DNA of 64,000 bases from Sedimentisphaerales bacterium. GTDB taxonomy: Bacteria > Planctomycetota > Phycisphaerae > Sedimentisphaerales > Anaerobacaceae. The translations under genes and the position numbers were made by a program. Below are positions 58,236 through 64,000 of this stretch, piece by piece; position 1 is the stretch's first letter; the number at the start of each line of letters is the position of its first letter. A model generated the notes under the pieces. The model was not told the origin of the DNA. It searched no databases and saw nothing but the letters and a program-made list of their open reading frames with translations. Where the stretch lies: the NCBI GenBank assembly GCA_040772485.1, contig JAXGYC010000008.1, positions 352,001 through 416,000 on the forward strand, given 5' to 3'.

Positions 58236-59159
58236 TCAGCCCGGCAACTCTGCAATCCACGCGTCGGATCGGGCCTTCGAGTAACCGAGGAAGGCGGAAT
58301 CGGGGTCGTGTTGTTCGAAGGCCTGGCGGGCGGCGGCTTTGTTCGCGTTGGCGTAGCAGTACACGCAGCCGTGCGGGCAGGTGTTGTAGGTCCCGATGTC
58401 GGCGCTTTCGGTACAGCCGCATTCCGGCCTCGTGCCCTTGTCCCTGTACGGCGTCTCGCTCGGGCCGAACAAACGCTCGATGAGAGCCCCATCGATGCAG
58501 TGGGCTTTCTGAATCCGGTCCCCAACCAGGTAGTCGCCGCAGCAGGAGTACATCGCGATGCCGTGCTCAGCAGCCACCTCCGCAATTCGGTTGGCCAGAT
58601 CGATCCGCACCTGCTCGTTCGGTTCGAGCACCTGCACGCCTTGGGCTTTCTCCAAATTCCGGAAGTTCCGTCGGACTTTACCGTAGAACGCAACGTAGCT
58701 GAAATAGCACCGCTCGACGAGTCCTTCCAGTTCGCTCGCCAAAGACTCGAACGCGCGGAGATAGAACGCCTCGTCGCTGATGCTCGACAGGATGATCGGA
58801 TCGAACCGCCAGTTGATGTGCGCGGGCGAGCAGCGTCCGGCCAGATGCTTCAAGGTGCGCAGGGCCGCATGCTTGTCCACGTCGCTCTCGAAGACCGACG
58901 GCAGCGCCGTCAGAGTGTAGTTGAAATAGAACCGGTAACCGAGGCGATCCAGGACTTCGAGGTGCGCGAGGAACGGCGTGAAATCCTTCGACCAGAAGAC
59001 GAGGCAGTCCACGTCGTCGGGTCTCAGGGACACGCGATAGCGCCGGCCGCCGAAGGGATTGACCACGCCGACGAATCCGTCCTGAACCCGTCGCATGAAC
59101 CACTCGCCATAGAAGGCCGGAATGTCGGTGCGTCGTGAAGCCGAAATGATTCGTCTCAT
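58236..59159 (-). CDS. DUF1848-family protein (radical-SAM-like C-terminal CxxxCxxC)
   Basis: IISASRRTDIPAFY, VFWSK, WRFDPI, CGC..DIGTYNTCPHGCVYCYAN. Confidence 0.88.
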   Translation of the reverse strand: MRRIISASRRTDIPAFYGEWFMRRVQDGFVGVVNPFGGRRYRVSLRPDDVDCLVFWSKDFTPFLAHLEVLDRLGYRFYFNYTLTALPSVFESDVDKHAALRTLKHLAGRCSPAHINWRFDPIILSSISDEAFYLRAFESLASELEGLVERCYFSYVAFYGKVRRNFRNLEKAQGVQVLEPNEQVRIDLANRIAEVAAEHGIAMYSCCGDYLVGDRIQKAHCIDGALIERLFGPSETPYRDKGTRPECGCTESADIGTYNTCPHGCVYCYANANKAAARQAFEQHDPDSAFLGYSKARSDAWIAELPG

Positions 59160-59212
59160 CGTGCCTAGCGGGACCTTATCGCAGCCGGGACTGAACCGCA
59201 CCCCGGTATCCA

Positions 59213-59457
59213 TAAAAAGGAAGACGGAGTCGCCCTCCTCCGGAACGACTCCGTAGCTTCTGGGAAACCGCGATCGGCCCCGCGCTTGCTGCCTCGGGTC
59301 CAACCTCGGCTCTTGCCGTAATAAAAGGGCGGGCGGTACCTCCTCCTCGTCAGATCGGCGTCATGTCAGTTTAGGACGGCCCGCCCCGGGTTTTCGGAGA
59401 TCCGCGCCCACAGGGGGCTGCGGCCCTGTTCGCCACACAACACCCTGCGACCTACTG
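59213..59457 (-). ncRNA. Putative non-coding transcript or leader with two terminator-like hairpins
   Basis: TTGTCA-17-TACGTT promoter (59491-59463) with AT-rich upstream tract; hairpins at 59387-59327 and 59260-59220, each followed by a U-tract. Confidence 0.5.
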
Positions 59458-59663
59458 CAAACAACGTAACCAGTCTTTCGGCCAATGACAAGCACCTATT
59501 TATTCCATTCCAGCTATTTTTTCCAACACCCCCAGACCGCCTGCCCCATCGAGACATAACTGCCGAGCGCATCGCTACTAACAGCTCTCGCGGCCATCGG
59601 GCCGATTCTCGCGCGAACCGGGGGAATGCAAACCGGAGTGACCTGACTGGTGGCGGAATCAAT

Positions 59664-61673
59664 CTACTGGTCTGCTTCGATGTGTCTGACGTTGGAGATG
59701 CGACCGTTCCACCGGCACGACCAGGAGCCAAAGAGCGTCATGCTCCCCGCCGGTTTCTGATCGATGCGGAAGATCGTATCCCTTCGCCATTGAACGATCT
59801 CATCGCTGAATCCTTTGGCGACGTACTCGGGCAGATCGAACCGCATCAGCTCCAGGGGGTCGGTTCTCAGGCGGAACAGCGCGACCCTGTTCTGTTCCGG
59901 CTCGTAGACGAATTTGTTGCCGTCCTGGACGAAACCGGAGGGGCCCTGCTGCATCCAGCCGGCGAAATAGACTTTGCGATCCAAAGGCAATGGCCCGAGG
60001 GCATCGTCGCCGTCGAAGTCAAATCCGGCAACCTCGAATCCGAGCAGACTCAGGATGGTGGGCACCAGATCGACGGAACTGACGGGACTGGCGATGCGCT
60101 GTCCCGGCACAATCAGAAGTGGCGCCCGGATGCACATGGCGATCCGCAACACCTCCTCGTAGGCAACGCGTTCGTGCCCATGGATCCGGTGCTCGCCGAA
60201 GGCTTCGCCGTGGTCGCCGACGACGCAGAAGATCGTGTCGTCCGCGAGCCCGAGGCTGGCCAGCTCGACATCCAGGGCCTGGATGAACTTGTCGGTGTAG
60301 GCGATCGTCTGCCGGTAGCGGTCGGGCAGCGTCCCGGCCATCTCACCGTACCAGGACGGGACCTCGTAGGGATCGTGGGTCACCGAGCACATGACCGTCA
60401 GCAGGAACGGTTTGTCATCCGACTGGATCCAGTCACGAATCGGTTCGAGCAGGGCGAATTCGTCGGCGCCGAGGTAGCCTACGAACGCATTCGGATCCTT
60501 GAGATCCTCGCGGGCATAGAATTTCTGATACCCGAGGTTGTGAACCAGTCCGGCGCGGGACTCGAATGTCCCGGTGGGCGACTGGAAAAAGGCTGTTCGA
60601 AAACCCATTCCCTTTTCGAGGATCGTCGCGAGGCTGGCATAAGGCTGTGCGACGGGAACGGTCTCGCCGATGTCCTGGCAGGCACCCGGGCGCCGGCCCG
60701 TCAGCAGGCCAAACAGCGCTTTGGTGGTGTGCGTCACAACCGAGCGGGCGTTGGTGAAGCAGACCCCTTGCGAGGCCACGGTCGCCAGATACGGAGTTGG
60801 ATCATACCCATCGCCATCGCTCTGCAGGTGGTTTGCCGCCAGCGAAGTGCACCTGTACTGGACCCCCTCCAGGACGACGATCACAACGTTGTGGTTGACT
60901 CGGCGCGGTTTGAACGCGACCTCAACGTCTGTGGCATACGGGATCCGGCGCGTGGCATTGCTGAAATCGTCGCGGACCAGGTGCCGATACTCCGGCAGCA
61001 GAAAAGAGAGGATAGCCCGCGCCTGGCAGTTGAACCGCAGCCCGGCCGCCGTGATCTGGGCGGAGCCCAGCCGGGAGGCCGCCGCCATGCCAACGATCGC
61101 CACGACAATCGCCACGAGAGAGAAGACGATCTTGGTGCGGAAGGTGCGGGGTTCATACGCCGGGGGCAGCGGCCTGGCCAAAGCGGAGAAGAAGAACGCC
61201 AGCGCGACGGCGCTGGGCAGCAGCAGCGCAGCGGCGGCCACGGGCATGCGGATCAGATTCAGACCTACAAGCTTGGTGATGTTGATCGGGTCACGGAGCC
61301 ACGGCAGCAGTTCCATCGGCAGAATCTGCGTCCCCGTGCGGATCAGCCAGGCGGCGTTCATCACCGACCACGTGCAGGTAATCGCGGCGACGATCATGGC
61401 CGCCCGCCAGACCGCTTTCCTGGGCCAGCGATAGCAGGCCAGTGCCAGAACCACTTCCAGGCTCAGGAGAATGGCGATGTCGGTCAGAATCCAACTGGGG
61501 TACTCACGCAGCAGTCCATAGCGCAGCGCGTGGTACAGCTTCACAGCCAGACTGCAGAACAACGCCGCAAAGACGATGACGCTCCATGCCCGTGGAGCCA
61601 GCAGGCTATAAACGCGCCGGATGAGCCGGAACCGCTCGCGCGGAGCACCAGGTTGTGGACTCTGCTCATTCAT
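59664..61673 (-). CDS. LTA synthase/sulfatase-family membrane protein
   Basis: Five N-terminal TMs; VVLEG, THTTKA (Thr nucleophile), THDPY, VGDHGE. Confidence 0.85.
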   Translation of the reverse strand: MNEQSPQPGAPRERFRLIRRVYSLLAPRAWSVIVFAALFCSLAVKLYHALRYGLLREYPSWILTDIAILLSLEVVLALACYRWPRKAVWRAAMIVAAITCTWSVMNAAWLIRTGTQILPMELLPWLRDPINITKLVGLNLIRMPVAAAALLLPSAVALAFFFSALARPLPPAYEPRTFRTKIVFSLVAIVVAIVGMAAASRLGSAQITAAGLRFNCQARAILSFLLPEYRHLVRDDFSNATRRIPYATDVEVAFKPRRVNHNVVIVVLEGVQYRCTSLAANHLQSDGDGYDPTPYLATVASQGVCFTNARSVVTHTTKALFGLLTGRRPGACQDIGETVPVAQPYASLATILEKGMGFRTAFFQSPTGTFESRAGLVHNLGYQKFYAREDLKDPNAFVGYLGADEFALLEPIRDWIQSDDKPFLLTVMCSVTHDPYEVPSWYGEMAGTLPDRYRQTIAYTDKFIQALDVELASLGLADDTIFCVVGDHGEAFGEHRIHGHERVAYEEVLRIAMCIRAPLLIVPGQRIASPVSSVDLVPTILSLLGFEVAGFDFDGDDALGPLPLDRKVYFAGWMQQGPSGFVQDGNKFVYEPEQNRVALFRLRTDPLELMRFDLPEYVAKGFSDEIVQWRRDTIFRIDQKPAGSMTLFGSWSCRWNGRISNVRHIEADQ

Positions 61674-61781
61674 GGGGCCACAATAGTAGTGTAACCGTCT
61701 CGAGACCGCAAGCGGGATTAGACCGTCGCGGGCGTTCGTGGCCGGTCCGGGATCGGATGGAGGGGCCTTGCGTCTCGGTTT

Positions 61782-62615
61782 CTATGACGAAACGCCCGGT
61801 GATTCTTCGTCGGCAAGCTTCTCCCATGGCTTGCCTCGCAATGCCTTATCGAGTCCATGAGTCTCCATCGTGAAGAAGGCATCGAAGCTGGGCAGGCTGT
61901 GGTTGAGCATCTGTTTGATCGTGTTCAGAGTCTCCTCACCGTAGCACGACACCTCCTTAGCCATCGTCTGGAGGGCCTGATCCAATTCCGAAGGCATGAC
62001 GACCTCGGTGAGCAGGCCCCACTCGAACGCGGTCTGCGCCGACATCCGGGCGGTTCGCGTCACGATGTCGCCGGCCCGGCCCAGGCCGACGTAGGCCGGC
62101 AGCAGATAGAGCAGTCCGGCACCGGGGGGCATGTCCAGATCGCGTCCCTGGTTGTGGAAGACGGTGTCGGAGGTCGCGATGCGGAAATCACAGGCCAGCC
62201 CAATCCCGAGAAACGGCAGGCAGACGTCGCCCTGAAAGACCATGATCACAGGCCGTCTTACCGACCGCAACCAGCGAATCAGGCCGCCGAAGACATTCTC
62301 CTCGCGCGCCATGGTGAACCCGGCAAGCGGACTGGTGAACGCACGGCGTCCTTCCAACGGTCTCTGTAGATCGCCAAGCTGTTTCAGCAGCGCGCCGCAT
62401 CGCTCCGGGGAAAAGCAATCACTCGTGCCCCAGAATGCGAGGGGCTTGCCCGGACGATGGGCCAAGTCTTCCAGGAGACAGCGGAAACTTTCGATCGCGT
62501 GCGGCGCCTCCGCAATGCCGAACACGTCATCGCGGAAGCGAATGAGGTCTGCCCATTCGAGCCGCTCCACACAGAGGAACCCCTCCAGTTTTGAGAAGTC
62601 GGTCTTGTCGAACAT
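61782..62615 (-). CDS. Crotonase (enoyl-CoA hydratase/isomerase)-fold protein, divergent
   Basis: RPVI...G......LACDFRIA, LP.YVG..RA, MSAQTA..WGL..EVV. Confidence 0.78.
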   Translation of the reverse strand: MFDKTDFSKLEGFLCVERLEWADLIRFRDDVFGIAEAPHAIESFRCLLEDLAHRPGKPLAFWGTSDCFSPERCGALLKQLGDLQRPLEGRRAFTSPLAGFTMAREENVFGGLIRWLRSVRRPVIMVFQGDVCLPFLGIGLACDFRIATSDTVFHNQGRDLDMPPGAGLLYLLPAYVGLGRAGDIVTRTARMSAQTAFEWGLLTEVVMPSELDQALQTMAKEVSCYGEETLNTIKQMLNHSLPSFDAFFTMETHGLDKALRGKPWEKLADEESPGVSS

Positions 62616-62617
62616 GG

Positions 62618-64000
62618 CTATTCTCCAACATGGCTGTCCGTTCCCTGTTTCTTGCCCTTGCGAGTGAACAGATCATAGAGGATCGGCAGCAAAATGAGGG
62701 TGAGAATCCCGGAGATAAGAATACCACCGACCGAGGCAATGCCTACGCCGGTCCGCAATTCGGCGCCGATCCCCTGACTGACGGCCAGCGGAAGCATTCC
62801 GAGAACGGCCGCCAGAGTAATCATGACCACCGGACGAAACTGCTCGCAGGAGGCGGTGATCATGGCCTTGTGCCGCGGAATGCCTTCGCGGACGTGGACG
62901 TTGAGCTGGTCGACGATCAAGATGGCGTTGTTGACGACGATGCCAACCATCATGACCATGCCCATCAACACGAAGATCGACATGCTCTGGCCTGTAATCG
63001 CCAAGGCCCACATCACGCCGATCAGTCCCAGCGGGATCGTTACCAGGATCAGACCGGGCTGCTTGAACGATTCGAGGATCGCCGCAAGCGTCAGGATCAC
63101 CAGAACGATGGCCATCACGCCCGCTTCGCCGAAGGCGGCTACCGCCTCGGCCATTCTCTCGTACATGCCTGTGAACTGGTAATCGTATCCCGGCGGGAAA
63201 CGCCCCTCGGAATCGATCCCATCCCCGATCCGTTTGACGGCCGTCCCCAACGGCAGCTCCGCCTTCAAGTTGGCGAAGACCTTCGTGACGCGGCGCTTGT
63301 CGTACCTGGTGATCTGAACGGGCACCACACGATGCTCCACCTCGGCCAGGTTCGACAGGAGGATCGGCCGTCCGGGGGCCCCAGGAAACAGGAACTGCTC
63401 GACCTGATCTCGCCCCTGCTCATCGGCCAGCTTGACGACGATGTCGTAGTTGCGGTCGCCTCGTTTGAACGTGCCGGCCTCGATCCCTTCGAGGTTGGCT
63501 CGCAGGATCATCCCGAGGCTGGTCGCAGGGACGTTCAAGTCCGCCAGGACGGCCCGCCGGGGCACGATGGCCACTTCGGGTTTGCCCGCCCGTACGGTCG
63601 TGTCCGGATCTTTGATCCCCTGGATGCGGGCGGCCTGGGCCTGCGTCTCGACCGCCAGCCGGTTGAGGGTCGCCAGTTCATCGCCTGCGATCAGCAGCTC
63701 GATATCCTGATTCTGCCCGCCCACGATGGCCGGCTGCGTAACGGTGACGATGCACTCCGGATAGCCGGCCAGACGTTGGCGAATCTCGGTCTGGATTTCC
63801 TCGATCGTAATGGTCCGCTCGTCTCGCTCCGAGAAGGTCACCAGCAGTTGGGCCAGGTAGACACCCTCGGTGGATTGCCCGATCACGCCCTCGACCTTAC
63901 CGATGGAACTGAGGATGTGCCTGAGTTCAGGTGCGTCCTTGAGTCTCTCCTCGACGAGGCGAACCCGCTGAATGGCCCGCCCCAGATCGTACGACGTCGG
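62618..64000 (-). CDS. RND (AcrB/AcrD/AcrF-family) efflux permease, 3' part
   Basis: GIVVNNAILIVD, RPVVMITLA..LGMLPLA, GG...S..LTL; open to window edge. Confidence 0.92.
   Translation of the reverse strand, partial: PTSYDLGRAIQRVRLVEERLKDAPELRHILSSIGKVEGVIGQSTEGVYLAQLLVTFSERDERTITIEEIQTEIRQRLAGYPECIVTVTQPAIVGGQNQDIELLIAGDELATLNRLAVETQAQAARIQGIKDPDTTVRAGKPEVAIVPRRAVLADLNVPATSLGMILRANLEGIEAGTFKRGDRNYDIVVKLADEQGRDQVEQFLFPGAPGRPILLSNLAEVEHRVVPVQITRYDKRRVTKVFANLKAELPLGTAVKRIGDGIDSEGRFPPGYDYQFTGMYERMAEAVAAFGEAGVMAIVLVILTLAAILESFKQPGLILVTIPLGLIGVMWALAITGQSMSIFVLMGMVMMVGIVVNNAILIVDQLNVHVREGIPRHKAMITASCEQFRPVVMITLAAVLGMLPLAVSQGIGAELRTGVGIASVGGILISGILTLILLPILYDLFTRKGKKQGTDSHVGE

Noticed and set aside
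54721..58422. 1233-aa antisense ORF (likewise 11273..13906, 51910..54138, 39519..41900, 34093..36036)
   Set aside because: Shadow ORFs opposite well-supported genes, expected from high-GC codon bias; no motifs
59338..59402. Hammerhead ribozyme (CUCC-GAAA ... CUGACGA-GGAG on the minus strand)
   Set aside because: Stem II and core words are present, but stem III with NUH and stem I cannot be formed in the required order

Overview
GC-rich bacterial chromosomal segment. A Planctomycetota origin (probably an anaerobic Phycisphaerae/Sedimentisphaerales-like organism) is inferred from two prepilin-type 'FTLIELLVV...H-X9-DG-like' proteins, three PEP-CTERM proteins, superoxide reductase and several glycan-degrading enzymes. 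Housekeeping content: tRNA-Met(CAT), tRNA-Glu(CTC), tadA, ldh, an Fpg/Nei glycosylase, tex, deoC, folE plus a tandem PTPS, pepA, prfB (+1 programmed frameshift), thiE, gyrA, holA, a CPA2 antiporter and a partial RND pump. Accessory content: an intact IS10-like IS4 element (17/18-bp IRs, 9-bp target duplication), an Eco29kI-type GIY-YIG restriction endonuclease convergent with an N4/N6 methyltransferase that carries an extra N-terminal domain, and an HNH-AP2 endonuclease with a Cys-rich N-terminus. Intergenic space is dense with at least four REP-like palindrome families and 7-/9-mer tandem repeats, some of which must be translated inside a prepilin leader. The most interesting unannotated signals are RNA-level. 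Two promoter- and terminator-bounded non-coding units occur at about 51552-51677 (anti-SD, antisense to a 37-codon ORF) and about 59213-59457 (GGAGGAGG-bearing tandem hairpins). A 26-bp leader that folds into an AAGGAG-hexaloop hairpin is identical before two divergent lipoprotein paralogues. An RNA-OUT-like hairpin sits over the IS ribosome-binding site, and DnaA boxes lie in a 1.1-kb intergenic region. No CRISPR array or rRNA was seen. All family calls are by motif recognition, not database search.
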